From an uncultured Bacteroidales bacterium (GTDB taxonomy: Bacteria > Bacteroidota > Bacteroidia > Bacteroidales > VadinHA17), in NCBI GenBank assembly GCA_963698535.1, contig CAVORD010000001.1:1895823-1959822 (forward strand): a DNA stretch of 64,000 nucleotides. Reading direction: 5' to 3'. The notes below the pieces were generated by a model. The model ran no database searches. It saw only the letters and a list, made by a program, of their open reading frames with translations, and had not been told where the DNA came from. Position numbers and translations under genes: made by a program. Below, in pieces: positions 18,403-29,337 of this stretch. The number at the start of each line of letters is the position of its first letter. Within the stretch, counting starts at the first letter, position 1.

Positions 18403-21400
18403 TTAGAATCCAAGCTGAACTCCGCCAGTGATCGTTCTTGGTTGAGGAGTGGTGTAGAAATCATATCCTTGCCTTAAATTGGAAGTTTGAGCTGATGGTC
18501 CGGTTCCAACAAAGTTGGCTTCAGGATCCCATCCGGGATAATTTGTAAAAGTAAGTACATTCAATGCCTTTACAAAAACTCGCACACTGTTTAGTCCATA
18601 ATTTGCAAGTTTATTCGACTTTAGCGTATAACCAAGAGTCATGTCTTTCAGCCTGATGTATGATCCATCAAATACTAGCATAGACGAAACACCATATCCA
18701 TTTCCTTCAAGGAATCGAGGTTGGGGATATTTAGAGTTATCACCAGGTTCCTTCCAGTAGTTTTCATAGAATTCTACAGTCTGGTTGTCAAACCATGAAA
18801 GGCCATCAGCCTGCCATTGACGACCACCATTGAAGATTTCATTTCCATAGACAAACTGGAACGTAAATCCAAAATCAATTCCCTTAAAACCAAAATTATT
18901 GGAGAGTCCTCCAACAAAGTCTGGATTAGGATCACCTGCAATCTGAAAATCGGCAGCACCAATATTCCATGTAGTAGTTGTTTTGGTATCATCTTCATAA
19001 AAAAGAGCATCGCCATTAGCCGGGTCAACTCCGGCATAGACTGGCATCCAGAATACACCAAGAGGTTGTCCTTCCATGGCTCTCCAGTTACCAACTTGAA
19101 TAACCTGACCATTAAGATTTGTTACCTTGTTTTTATTGAATGAGATATTGAAACTGGTATTCCATGTAAAATCTCCTGTGAAATTAGCAGTGTTTAGCAT
19201 AAACTCCCATCCCTTGTTTTCAAGGTCTCCAATATTCTGTACCAGGCTTCTGAATCCTGATGTAGAAGGAATATTAACAGACAGAAGCAGATCTGTAGTA
19301 TTCTTTACATAGTAGTCAACTTCCCCGGTTATACGATTATCGAAGAACCCGAAATCAAGACCCACGTTTAATTGGGTAGTAGTTTCCCATTTGAGTCCAT
19401 CCCACGGAAGACTAACAGGGACGAGGCCTGAATAACCTGCATAGTTACTGGCAGAATATAGCCCTCGTGAAGCAAAGTTCCCTATTTCCGCGTTACCTGT
19501 AACACCCCAGCTAACTCTGGGTTTCAGAAAACTAAGGAAGGTTAAGCCCTTCATGAATTCTTCATTAGTCATAATCCATGCAGCTGAACCGGCCGGGAAG
19601 AAACCAAATTGATTATCCTGTCCGAATCTTGAGGAGCCATCATAACGTCCGCTTAAGGAGAAAAGGTACTTGTCGGCCACCTTAAAGTTGCCACGGAGAA
19701 AATAGGATAGGAAACTATAGCCTGTACCAGAACCTGTTGCCCCGCTTGGTTCAGAGGCGCTGGAAATTCTCTTAAAATAATCACTCGGGAAATTCTCGGC
19801 TCCATTAAACTGAGTATCAATATATGAATCCTCATATATCATACCCCCAACCATATTCATATCAAGTCTGCCAAGTGATTTGTCAAAGGTGAAGTAGTTG
19901 TTAACGGTATAATTCAGAAGGGTCACTGTTCTTTCTTCCGCACTTCCGTACGGCCCTCCGTCATTGGTCAACCTGCCCCAATAGCCCTTCTCCTTCTGGT
20001 TCGTCTGGTCAAAACCAAATTCTGACCTGAAAAACAAACCTTTCATCAGATTAAACTGAGCAAAAAGGCTGCCAATATTTCTGAATGTCTCTGTATTGAA
20101 ACTGTTGTATTTAGCAGGGCTCAAGCCGTTTTCATATTGTGTCAGTGTATTTATCTCGTTGGTTCCCGGAACATATGCCGGATCGAGTGGTGAAAGCGCA
20201 ACCATTTGGAGCGGCGTTGAGAATCCATTATCATTAGCAACCCGGAAACTCCGCGATCTTATGGGGTTTATGGTCATGCCAAAGGACACAAAGTCGCTGG
20301 CTTTATGATCAAGAGTAATTCTTGCACTTAACCTGTCAAAATTATTCTTTATCAGAACAGCTTCCTGACTGGCCCATCCCAACGATGCGAAGAATCTGGT
20401 TTTTTCAGTTCCGCCTGATGCAGAAAGGTCATATTGTTGTGTAGATCCTGTTCTGAAAGCATTATCCTCCCAGTTCTCGTCTGGACCTTTGGTTAAGTCA
20501 TTTGGATCATCTGGATCTCTCCAATAAGGGAAAGCGTCATCTAAAATAGTCTCCCATGTGTCACCAGGTCCGAGGCCCCACCATCCATATGCGTCTTGAA
20601 CGGTTCCATAAATATCCACAACATTGTTGAATCCTTCCTCCACAAGAGCAAGATATTGCTGCCTGTTAAGGAATCCCACTTTATTAGCAGGTACACTTAT
20701 ACCACTCTGTGCTGTAAAGTTAAATTTGGTTTGACCTTCTTTCCCTCTCTTAGTGGTGATGATAACAACTCCATTTGCCGCACGAGCTCCATAAATAGCA
20801 GCAGCTGAGGCATCCTTAAGGATCTGGATTGTCTCTATATCGGCAGGATTAAGGTCAGCCATCGGATTCATAGGCTCGTTACCTGCTGTCCCAATATTAT
20901 TGGTATTCACTGGAATTCCATCAATAACGTACAGCGGCTGGTTGTCAGCGGAGATAGATGAAGAACCACGAACCCTGACTTTTATTGCCTGTCCGAGTTT
21001 TCCGCTACCACCCTGAACATATACACCGGATGCCTTACCTTGAAGGGCCGATTCAAAACTCGGCTGAGTAGTGTTGAGGATATCGGCCGAACGAATCTGC
21101 GAAATAGAACCTGTAAGTTCCGATTTTAATCGGGTTCCATATCCAACAACAACAACTTCATCAAGTTTGAGAAGATCTGGATCAAGAGTTACGTCAATAA
21201 TAGAGGAAGTCCCAACTGGTATTTCCTTTGTTGTGTAACCCACAAAGCGGAAAACAAGAATCGCGCCTTCTTCGACCGCGATACTGTATTTCCCATCCAT
21301 ATCAGTAGCAACACCCACTGATGTTCCTTTGATTTGAACTGTAGCCCCGATCACAGGCAGACCATCATCAGAGGCTTTAATAACCCCAGAGACAGTTCTT

Positions 21401-21465
21401 TGCTGAGCCGTAGCCGCAATAACAAAACCAAAGAAGACTAAACTAATCACTAGTAGTTTTCTCAT
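18403..21465 (-). CDS. SusC/RagA family TonB-linked outer-membrane transporter
   Basis: 1020 aa. N-terminal CarboxypepD_reg-like domain (VSGVIKASDDGLPVIGATVQIKGT), plug region (IQILKDASAAAIYGARAANGVVIITTKRG), C-terminal barrel ending in F. Confidence 0.95.
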   Translation of the reverse strand: MRKLLVISLVFFGFVIAATAQQRTVSGVIKASDDGLPVIGATVQIKGTSVGVATDMDGKYSIAVEEGAILVFRFVGYTTKEIPVGTSSIIDVTLDPDLLKLDEVVVVGYGTRLKSELTGSISQIRSADILNTTQPSFESALQGKASGVYVQGGSGKLGQAIKVRVRGSSSISADNQPLYVIDGIPVNTNNIGTAGNEPMNPMADLNPADIETIQILKDASAAAIYGARAANGVVIITTKRGKEGQTKFNFTAQSGISVPANKVGFLNRQQYLALVEEGFNNVVDIYGTVQDAYGWWGLGPGDTWETILDDAFPYWRDPDDPNDLTKGPDENWEDNAFRTGSTQQYDLSASGGTEKTRFFASLGWASQEAVLIKNNFDRLSARITLDHKASDFVSFGMTINPIRSRSFRVANDNGFSTPLQMVALSPLDPAYVPGTNEINTLTQYENGLSPAKYNSFNTETFRNIGSLFAQFNLMKGLFFRSEFGFDQTNQKEKGYWGRLTNDGGPYGSAEERTVTLLNYTVNNYFTFDKSLGRLDMNMVGGMIYEDSYIDTQFNGAENFPSDYFKRISSASEPSGATGSGTGYSFLSYFLRGNFKVADKYLFSLSGRYDGSSRFGQDNQFGFFPAGSAAWIMTNEEFMKGLTFLSFLKPRVSWGVTGNAEIGNFASRGLYSASNYAGYSGLVPVSLPWDGLKWETTTQLNVGLDFGFFDNRITGEVDYYVKNTTDLLLSVNIPSTSGFRSLVQNIGDLENKGWEFMLNTANFTGDFTWNTSFNISFNKNKVTNLNGQVIQVGNWRAMEGQPLGVFWMPVYAGVDPANGDALFYEDDTKTTTTWNIGAADFQIAGDPNPDFVGGLSNNFGFKGIDFGFTFQFVYGNEIFNGGRQWQADGLSWFDNQTVEFYENYWKEPGDNSKYPQPRFLEGNGYGVSSMLVFDGSYIRLKDMTLGYTLKSNKLANYGLNSVRVFVKALNVLTFTNYPGWDPEANFVGTGPSAQTSNLRQGYDFYTTPQPRTITGGVQLGF

Positions 21466-21665
21466 AGTTAAATTAGATTTAGGTTAAAGAATAGCGAGAT
21501 GTTAATCTCGATTTTACTGTCATAATTCTTTTTTAAAATGTCATGGCTATAACAAATTTAAACAAAGCCTTTCTCTTTATACAATAAAATGTAGAACATT
21601 TTCTGCCCCTTAGAGGAGTATAATTTGTATTTTTGTCTCTTCTCAATCACTTTTATCTTATTCTT

Positions 21666-24600
21666 ATGTCCAAGTTTGTACATCTGCATGTTCATAGCCA
21701 GTATTCGATACTGGATGGCGCATCCAATATTAAAGCACTGGTTAACAAGGTTAAAGAACTGGGCATGGATTCTATAGCTCTCACCGACCACGGAAATATG
21801 TTCGGTGCAAAGGAGTTCCATAACGCTGCCACTGCCGTTGGAATAAAGCCTATAATCGGTTGTGAGGTATATGTTGCAAAAAGAGGCATGAGCGAGTCGA
21901 CTGAAAAAGAGGATCGCTCAGGAGATCATCTTATACTCCTTGCACGCGACCTCAGGGGCTATCATAATCTTATTAAACTTATCTCCTCGGCATGGACAAA
22001 AGGATTCTATTACAAACCACGCATAGACAAGACACTTCTGGCAGAATACAGTGAGGGAATAACGGCAACATCAGCATGCATTGCCGGAGAAATAGCATCA
22101 AATGTTCTCAATGGAAATATTGAGGCAGCCGAAGAGACACTTCTTCAGTATAAGGAGATCTTTGGCGACAACTTCTACCTGGAGGTACAACGACATAAGA
22201 CAACAGACCCGCTGGCAGACAGGGAACTATTGCCCCTCCAACAGAAAGTAATTGAAGCATACAAAAAACTGTCGGTAAAGCATGATGTCAAAATTATCGC
22301 CAGCAACGATGTCCATTTCGTCAACGAGGAAGATGCCGAAGCACACGACCGACTTATATGCCTTAATACAGGGAAGGATTTTGATGATCCCGACAGGTTA
22401 AGATATTCAAAACAAGAGTATCTGAAGAGCATACCAGAGATGGAGGCTCTGTTTGCCGACAACCCTGAGTTCCTTGAGAACAGTGTAGAGCTGGCATCAA
22501 ATGTGGAGCATTATTCTCTTAACAGAGAGCCTGTTATGCCCGACTTTACCATTCCGGAGGGGTATACCGACAAGGATGACTACCTGAAATTTCTAACATA
22601 TAAAGGTGCCGAATCGAGATGGCCCGACATGAGTCCTGAAATTAGGGAGAGAATAGATTTTGAACTGGAGACCATAAGGAAAATGGGCTTCCCCGATTAC
22701 TTCCTCATCGTTCAGGACTTTCTCAATGCTGCACGCGATATGGATGTGGCCGTTGGTCCCGGAAGAGGATCTGCCGCCGGATCGGCTGTGGCATACTGCC
22801 TGAGGATCACTGATATCGACCCGATAAAATATGGTTTGCTGTTTGAGCGTTTCCTGAATCCCGACAGGATATCACTTCCGGATATCGATATCGACTTCGA
22901 TGAGGACGGCAGAGAGGATGTCCTTAACTATGTTGTTAAGAAGTATGGACAGGAAAGAGTTGCTCATATCATTACATTCGGTACCATGGCGGCCAAGATG
23001 GCAATACGGGATGTTGCACGTGTACAAAAACTGCCCCTTCCCGATGCCGACAGGCTGGCAAAAATGATCCCTGAACGACCCGACATTACAATTGCGGCTG
23101 CCTATAATGAGGTGCCGGAATTCCTTAAGGAGAAAAACTCCGACAACCCACTGATAGCGCAGACACTTAAGTATGCAGAGGTCCTTGAGGGATCAATACG
23201 CCAGACAGGTGTACATGCCTGCGGGATCATCATTGGAAAGGAGAATCTCGATGAGTATATCCCCCTGTGTACTGCCAAGGATACGACACTCAATGTTACC
23301 CAGTTCGATGGCGGTTATGTTGAGGAGGTGGGACTACTGAAGATGGACTTCCTGGGACTGAAGACCCTTTCAATAATCAAGGATGCGATAAAGAATATAA
23401 AGAAATCCAAAGGGGTGGAGATCGTCATCGACGATATTCCGTTTGATGATGAGAAGACTTACGATCTTTTCAGCAATGGTGAGACTACCGGTCTGTTTCA
23501 GTTTGAATCAGCGGGAATGAAAAGGTATCTCCGGGAACTTAAACCAAACAGGTTTGAGGACCTGATTGCTATGAATGCCCTATACCGTCCGGGTCCAATG
23601 GAGTACATCCCGACTTTCATCAACAGGAAGCATGGAAGAGAACCGATAGAATATGCCATTCCTGAGATGAGCTTTTATCTGCAGGATACATACGGCATTA
23701 CTGTTTACCAGGAGCAGGTGATGCTTCTCTCACAGGTACTTGCAGGCTTTACCAAGGGCCAGGCCGACTCCCTTCGGAAGGCAATGGGTAAGAAGAAGAA
23801 GGATATAATGGATGAGATGAAGGCCAAATTCGTTGAAGGATGCACACAAAACGGTTACGAGGCCCGCAAAGTGGAGAAGATCTGGACCGATTGGGAGGCC
23901 TTTGCACAGTATGCCTTCAATAAATCGCACTCTACCTGCTATGCACATATAGCTTATCAGACAGGCTATCTCAAGGCAAACTATCCGGCCGAGTATATGG
24001 CCGCCGTACTGAGCCGCAATATAAATGACATAAAGAAGATAACCCTCTTCATGGATGAGACCAGAAGAATGGGTATTCAGGTACTTGGTCCCGATGTTAA
24101 TGAGAGTGAAGTAAAGTTCACCGTCAACAAGGATGGTAATATACGCTTCGGACTGGGAGCCATCAAAGGCGTTGGGGAAGGAGCAGTTATACAGATCATC
24201 GAAGAGAGAGAGGCTAATGGACCATTCTCATCAATAAATGATTTTTTCGAACGGGTAAATATGGGTTCCCTAAACAGGAAAACCCTCGAATCCATGATAT
24301 ACGGAGGCAGCTTCGACAGCTTCGAAGGTGTTACCAGGGCGAAATTCTTTGCACTCGACAGCAAAGGTGTGAGCTTCATTGAAAATCTTATACGATATGG
24401 AGTAAACGCCCGTACTCTCAGGGATTCAACACAGGCATCCCTTTTCGGTGGCGACAGTGGCTTCGATATTGTTAAACCAACACCTCCTAACTGCCCGGAG
24501 TGGCCTAAGCTGGAGAAACTTCAGAAAGAGAAGGAGCATATAGGTATTTATCTCTCCTCACATCCACTCGATGATTTCCTTCTGGAGATCGACACTTTCT

Positions 24601-25151
24601 GCACTGCTACAATGGCCGACCTGCAAAATCTGGCTGATTATAAGAACAGAGATGTGGTGGTTGCAGGAATGGTCATTGAATCGCGGGATGCCATAAGCAA
24701 AAACGGGAAACCTTACGGCAGGATGACTGTTCAGGACTACTCCGACTCATATACTTTCATGCAATTCGATAAGGAGTTTGTTGAGAACAGAAAATATTAT
24801 AACCCCGGATACTTCCTGCTTATCAAAGGAAAAGTTCAGGAGAGAAAATACCGGGAGAACGAACTGGAATTTAAGATCAACAAGATCCACCTGCTTACAA
24901 GTGTAAAAGAGGAACTGATGAAATCTCTGACCCTCAAGATCAGATCATCGGAGGTTAACCAGGAGATGATAAAGGAACTGCTTGAGATAACCAGGGAGAA
25001 TCCGGGTGATAAAGAGCTGCGGTTCATGATACTGGAACCGGAGGAGAAGATAGCTGTACCTCTCTTCTCAAGGGCAATGAGGGTAGGTATCACAAAGAAT
25101 CTGATTTCCTTCATAGAGGACCATCCGGCAATTGACTTTAAAGTTAATTAA
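21666..25151 (+). CDS. dnaE: DNA polymerase III alpha subunit
   Basis: PHP domain start MSKFVHLHVHSQYSILDGA, followed by polymerase core and OB-fold regions. ATG at 21666 is preferred over the TTG-extended ORF start at 21633. Confidence 0.95.
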   Translation: MSKFVHLHVHSQYSILDGASNIKALVNKVKELGMDSIALTDHGNMFGAKEFHNAATAVGIKPIIGCEVYVAKRGMSESTEKEDRSGDHLILLARDLRGYHNLIKLISSAWTKGFYYKPRIDKTLLAEYSEGITATSACIAGEIASNVLNGNIEAAEETLLQYKEIFGDNFYLEVQRHKTTDPLADRELLPLQQKVIEAYKKLSVKHDVKIIASNDVHFVNEEDAEAHDRLICLNTGKDFDDPDRLRYSKQEYLKSIPEMEALFADNPEFLENSVELASNVEHYSLNREPVMPDFTIPEGYTDKDDYLKFLTYKGAESRWPDMSPEIRERIDFELETIRKMGFPDYFLIVQDFLNAARDMDVAVGPGRGSAAGSAVAYCLRITDIDPIKYGLLFERFLNPDRISLPDIDIDFDEDGREDVLNYVVKKYGQERVAHIITFGTMAAKMAIRDVARVQKLPLPDADRLAKMIPERPDITIAAAYNEVPEFLKEKNSDNPLIAQTLKYAEVLEGSIRQTGVHACGIIIGKENLDEYIPLCTAKDTTLNVTQFDGGYVEEVGLLKMDFLGLKTLSIIKDAIKNIKKSKGVEIVIDDIPFDDEKTYDLFSNGETTGLFQFESAGMKRYLRELKPNRFEDLIAMNALYRPGPMEYIPTFINRKHGREPIEYAIPEMSFYLQDTYGITVYQEQVMLLSQVLAGFTKGQADSLRKAMGKKKKDIMDEMKAKFVEGCTQNGYEARKVEKIWTDWEAFAQYAFNKSHSTCYAHIAYQTGYLKANYPAEYMAAVLSRNINDIKKITLFMDETRRMGIQVLGPDVNESEVKFTVNKDGNIRFGLGAIKGVGEGAVIQIIEEREANGPFSSINDFFERVNMGSLNRKTLESMIYGGSFDSFEGVTRAKFFALDSKGVSFIENLIRYGVNARTLRDSTQASLFGGDSGFDIVKPTPPNCPEWPKLEKLQKEKEHIGIYLSSHPLDDFLLEIDTFCTATMADLQNLADYKNRDVVVAGMVIESRDAISKNGKPYGRMTVQDYSDSYTFMQFDKEFVENRKYYNPGYFLLIKGKVQERKYRENELEFKINKIHLLTSVKEELMKSLTLKIRSSEVNQEMIKELLEITRENPGDKELRFMILEPEEKIAVPLFSRAMRVGITKNLISFIEDHPAIDFKVN

Positions 25152-25198
25152 GTATATTTGGCAGAATTTTCTTGGTACACAATACAAAACAAAAAGTT

Positions 25199-25516
25199 AT
25201 GGCAATTCACGTTGATGATGCAAATTTCGAAGAGAAGGTAGAAAAAGCCGCTCTTCCTGTTATGGTTGATTTTTGGGCAGAATGGTGCGGACCATGCCGA
25301 ATGATCGCTCCTATTGTTGAAGAACTTTCGGGTGAATACGAGGGTAAGGCTATCATTGCAAAATGCGATGTTGACAGCAGTAGTGCGGTGGCCCGTAAAT
25401 TCGGAATCAGGAATATTCCAACAATCCTTTTCTTTAAAGGTGGTACTGTTGTCGACAAACAGGTAGGCGCAGTTCCCAAGAATGTTCTTGCAGCCAAGCT
25501 TGACGCAATTCTTTAG
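25199..25516 (+). CDS. trxA: thioredoxin
   Basis: 105 aa from ATG 25199. Active site WAEWCGPC. Confidence 0.95.
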   Translation: MAIHVDDANFEEKVEKAALPVMVDFWAEWCGPCRMIAPIVEELSGEYEGKAIIAKCDVDSSSAVARKFGIRNIPTILFFKGGTVVDKQVGAVPKNVLAAKLDAIL

Positions 25517-25537
25517 TAAAAACAGATACTATTCAAA

Positions 25538-25564
25538 GGCCGATTATAATCTGATCGGCCTTTT
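25538..25564 (+). terminator. Rho-independent terminator after trxA
   Basis: Stem GGCCGAT/ATCGGCC followed by TTTT. Confidence 0.65.
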
Positions 25565-25581
25565 GCTTAATTAACAACATT

Positions 25582-26157
25582 ATGAATATTTGTATTTTTG
25601 CGGGGTCAAGCAGCAAATCTGATGACTCCTTCAGCAAGGAAGCTGCTGCTCTCGGTGTAGAGGTGGCCAGAGGGGGACATACACTTTTATACGGTGCCGG
25701 CGGAATAGGATTGATGGGTGCCGCAGCTGACGCAGCCCTAAATGCAGGAGGGAAGGTAACAGGTGTGATCCCTGAGTTCATGGTAAAAGAAGGCTGGGCT
25801 CATCCTGGCATTACCAAGACTTATGTTACAAAGGATATGGGAGGTCGCAAGGCCAAATTATTTGAACTTGCCGATGCTATTATTTCCCTGCCCGGTGGTA
25901 TTGGCACCCTGGAGGAACTAACTGAAGCAATGACACTTAAACAACTGGGACAGTTTAATGGAGCTATAATTATACTTAACTATAACGGGTTCTACAATAA
26001 GTTCCTCGAACTGCTGGATCACATGGCTCAAAACAGATTCTTCCGTAAAGAGCATATGAACATGTTCCGTGTGGCAACCACCGCAGCAGAGGCTGTCGAA
26101 ATGGCCACTGAAAATATAGGATGGATAGAGAATCCTATAAGTAAAGCACGTATATAG
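25582..26157 (+). CDS. LOG family (TIGR00730) nucleotide 5'-monophosphate nucleosidase
   Basis: 191 aa. Motifs GAGGIGLMG and PGGIGTLEEL. Confidence 0.85.
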   Translation: MNICIFAGSSSKSDDSFSKEAAALGVEVARGGHTLLYGAGGIGLMGAAADAALNAGGKVTGVIPEFMVKEGWAHPGITKTYVTKDMGGRKAKLFELADAIISLPGGIGTLEELTEAMTLKQLGQFNGAIIILNYNGFYNKFLELLDHMAQNRFFRKEHMNMFRVATTAAEAVEMATENIGWIENPISKARI

Positions 26158-26159
26158 TG

Positions 26160-29100
26160 CTAAACTACACGATGACCAATAAAGAGTATGTCATCGATCT
26201 GTTTATTTTCACCCTTCCACTCCATAAGCTCTTCGGCCAGGATCTTTTTCTGCTCCTCAATTGGTTTTGACCATATCCTGAGAACAATATTCTTAATAGC
26301 CACGGTCTTCATCTTCTTCAGGTCAGGACCACCAAACTGGTCAGCATAACCGTCAGAGAAGAGATATACCATATCACCTTTCCTTAGCTGGAAATCCTGA
26401 CTGGTGAAATTGGTTCTGTTTTCCATCGATGCCATACCAATCGGGAATCTGTCGGCCTTAAGAACAGTAAGTTCACCTTCCCTCACTATAAATGCCGGGT
26501 TGTAAGCACCGGCGTAACTCATCATCAGACTCTTCTTGTCTATTACACTGAGTGATAGATCCATACCATCATTTACAACATTTTCATGCTGCTGAAGCAA
26601 TGACTTAACAACCTCCTCATGGAGGCGATCCAGTATTTTTCCGGATATATTCACCTTCTCCTCTTTTACAATACGGTTCAGTGAGTTATAGCCGATAATC
26701 GACATAAATGCACCAGGCACACCATGACCGGTACAGTCGACAGCAGAGATAAAAATCTTCTGGGTTGTTTCATGCAGCCAGTAGAAGTCACCACTTACTA
26801 TATCCTTCGGCATAAAGAGTATGAAAGTATCCTTAAAGCTATCTTCCGGCGGAAGCATCGCTCTCTGTATCCTTTCGGCATAACGGATGGAGGCGGTAAT
26901 ATCCCTGTTCTTTTCCTCGATCTCATGGCTCTTTAAAACAACTTCCGCTGTTCGTTCTTCCACCTTCTCTTCCAGTATCTTCTTCTCCACAACCAGTTTG
27001 TATTCCCTCATCCGTATATACAATATCACTGCCAATATTAAGAGTATCGCAACTGACGTTATGAACCAGGGGGTGAGATAGAATGGCGGACGAATAGTAA
27101 AAGAGTAGGTAACCGGCTCCTCGTTCCAGTAACCGGTACTGTTGGAAGCCTTTACCATGAAAGTATATTTCCCGGGAGTAAGGGCGGAATATATAGCCCT
27201 GGTCTGAGCTGTAACCGGACGCCATGTTGATTCTGCTCCCTCCAGCATTACCATATAACGTACCGATTTAGGATTATCGAGACATACACTGTAATAGTCA
27301 AAAGCTATGGCTCTCTCTTTATAGTTCAGCTTCATACCATCGGTCATATGACGAGGCTGGTAATTGATCAGCATCCTCCTGATATGAGTTGCCGGACTCG
27401 TTCTAACCGGGGGAAACAGTTCTGTATCCAACCTGGTCACTCCGTTGGCAGTACCAAACCATAGCCTGCCCCTGGAGTCAATAAATGAGGCATGATTCCT
27501 TGCTTCAATGCCGGTAAATCCGTTCTCCTCAGTAAAGGTAGAGATCACCTCTGTTCCTGCCTCAAGCCTGTTAAGACCCTGGTTAGATCCGATATACAAA
27601 TTCCCGGAAGGATCGGAAATGAGTGAGGTTATATTATTTGATAACAGTCCATTTTCAGCAGTGTAATGACCTGCGATTGTATCTTTGTCAAGGACCTTAA
27701 GACCGCTTGTTGACCCTACCCAGATCCTTCCGTCAGGTGTTTCGGTAATTATTTTGGGAATATGTCCCTCTCCGATATCAACAATAACAAACTTGTCTTT
27801 AGCATTATCATAGCGGGTGATCCCAACAGCTCTTTCCGTTCCGATCCAGGTATCGCCATTGCTGTCACAGAACAGGGAGATAACGCCATTTCCCGAAAGG
27901 CCGTCGCCCTGTGTATATCTTCTTCCGGCTCCTTCTTTAATGCTCCATCGAACAACTCCGTCATTTGTCCCAACCCAAAGGATACCATTCTTGTCAATAT
28001 CAAGGGCTTTGATAACTCCATCGGAATATAGAAGAGAGTTCAAATGAGTATCATATATGAATTTACCTGTTCCCGGCGTAAACATGAATAGCCCGTCGCC
28101 GTCTGTCCCAAGCCATATTTCGCCATTCAAACCCTTTTTGAGAAACCTCACTTTATTGCCAATAATATATTTGGGTTCATTGAAGAATTTAGGTGTAATC
28201 ATCTCAGCATCGGGATTAAAAAAGGACAAGCCCTTATTTGTCCCGAACCAGAATCCCCCGTTATTATCTTCTTCAATAGCCCAAACATTGTTGTCAGGCA
28301 GAACCGATTCACCCGTATAGGTTTTAAAATGATCTCCCTTGTATATTCTTAATCCGACATAGTTATCGGTAATGAGTATGTTGTTTTCATGATCCTGCAA
28401 TATACTCTGCACAAAAAGAGCATCAAGCCCGTTGGAAAGACCAAAAGAGTGTATCTCCTTACCACGGATAACGGATACTCCTCCACCCCATGTTCCAACC
28501 CATATATCTCCTCGATAATCTTCTGTAATACAGGTAACCCAGTTTTTAGCCAGTCCGTCCCTCTTGTCAAAGACATTATACAGTTCACCTTGAGGCGATA
28601 GCTTATACAAACCTCCGTTGTAGGTGCCGAACCAAAAGTTATTGTTACTGTCCTCAAACATCGATATTACAGCAAAATATTTTGTAAGTCCCGCTGGCAG
28701 ATATGTCTCAAATCTGTCTGATAATTCGACATATTTTCTTATTCCCAGATCGGCAAGGCAATAGAGGTTGCCCTGGCTGTCAACAAATGAATTATGCACC
28801 TGATCGCTGAGTCCTTCTGCTCCGGCATATTGATTTCCAACCAGCAGATTATCTTCCATTCCGGGATTGCCAAATCTGAAGACCCCGTTACCGGAGGTAG
28901 TAACCCAAATATAACTTCCTGCTTGTCGAATAGAGGTAATGTCTCCTGTTAGTTTGAAATTATCAACTTCCATCCTGTGGAAGAGATCACCGTCGAATAG
29001 CGAAATACCACCATTGAGGTGCCCAAACCAAACTCTTCCCTCATCATCCAGAGACATGCATTTTACTCCCCCGACGGAAATCCCGTCTTCAAAGGAATAA

Positions 29101-29333
29101 TTCTCGAAATTTATCCCGTCAAACCTCGACACACCGCTCTCTGTACCAAGCCAAATGTTATCTCTTTGGTCCTGAAGGGAACAATAGACCTTAGAAGAAC
29201 CAAGCCCTTCTTCTGCCCCGTATTTGCTGAAATGGGTTGTCTGGGCATGGAGTAATAAGCCCGTAAAACAAAAGGCAAGGCATAACATTAAGTATGCCCG
29301 GCCTCCTTTTTTCAATCTTAATATGATTCCCAT
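26160..29333 (-). CDS. transmembrane sensor: periplasmic two-component-regulator propeller repeats + Y_Y_Y domain + TM + coiled coil + PP2C/SpoIIE phosphatase
   Basis: Repeated W(F/V)GT..G(L/V) propeller blades. Y_Y_Y block VRYMVMLEGAESTWRP...YTFMVKASN, then a TM helix. SpoIIE motifs SGDFYW, DCTGHGVPGAFMS, DGMD, FSDGYADQFGG. The probable ATG at 29333 follows the upstream stop by 2 nt. Confidence 0.85.
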   Translation of the reverse strand: MGIILRLKKGGRAYLMLCLAFCFTGLLLHAQTTHFSKYGAEEGLGSSKVYCSLQDQRDNIWLGTESGVSRFDGINFENYSFEDGISVGGVKCMSLDDEGRVWFGHLNGGISLFDGDLFHRMEVDNFKLTGDITSIRQAGSYIWVTTSGNGVFRFGNPGMEDNLLVGNQYAGAEGLSDQVHNSFVDSQGNLYCLADLGIRKYVELSDRFETYLPAGLTKYFAVISMFEDSNNNFWFGTYNGGLYKLSPQGELYNVFDKRDGLAKNWVTCITEDYRGDIWVGTWGGGVSVIRGKEIHSFGLSNGLDALFVQSILQDHENNILITDNYVGLRIYKGDHFKTYTGESVLPDNNVWAIEEDNNGGFWFGTNKGLSFFNPDAEMITPKFFNEPKYIIGNKVRFLKKGLNGEIWLGTDGDGLFMFTPGTGKFIYDTHLNSLLYSDGVIKALDIDKNGILWVGTNDGVVRWSIKEGAGRRYTQGDGLSGNGVISLFCDSNGDTWIGTERAVGITRYDNAKDKFVIVDIGEGHIPKIITETPDGRIWVGSTSGLKVLDKDTIAGHYTAENGLLSNNITSLISDPSGNLYIGSNQGLNRLEAGTEVISTFTEENGFTGIEARNHASFIDSRGRLWFGTANGVTRLDTELFPPVRTSPATHIRRMLINYQPRHMTDGMKLNYKERAIAFDYYSVCLDNPKSVRYMVMLEGAESTWRPVTAQTRAIYSALTPGKYTFMVKASNSTGYWNEEPVTYSFTIRPPFYLTPWFITSVAILLILAVILYIRMREYKLVVEKKILEEKVEERTAEVVLKSHEIEEKNRDITASIRYAERIQRAMLPPEDSFKDTFILFMPKDIVSGDFYWLHETTQKIFISAVDCTGHGVPGAFMSIIGYNSLNRIVKEEKVNISGKILDRLHEEVVKSLLQQHENVVNDGMDLSLSVIDKKSLMMSYAGAYNPAFIVREGELTVLKADRFPIGMASMENRTNFTSQDFQLRKGDMVYLFSDGYADQFGGPDLKKMKTVAIKNIVLRIWSKPIEEQKKILAEELMEWKGENKQIDDILFIGHRVV

Positions 29334-29337
29334 AATT

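Noticed and set aside
21633-21665. N-terminal extensions from non-ATG starts in the ORF track (dnaE 21633 TTG, S9 peptidase 10583 TTG, lipoprotein 43743 TTG, and the upstream starts listed at 25172, 29435, 49934, 60380).
   Set aside because: Downstream ATG codons give canonical N-termini (PHP-domain start, signal peptides, lipobox). The extensions add no conserved sequence.
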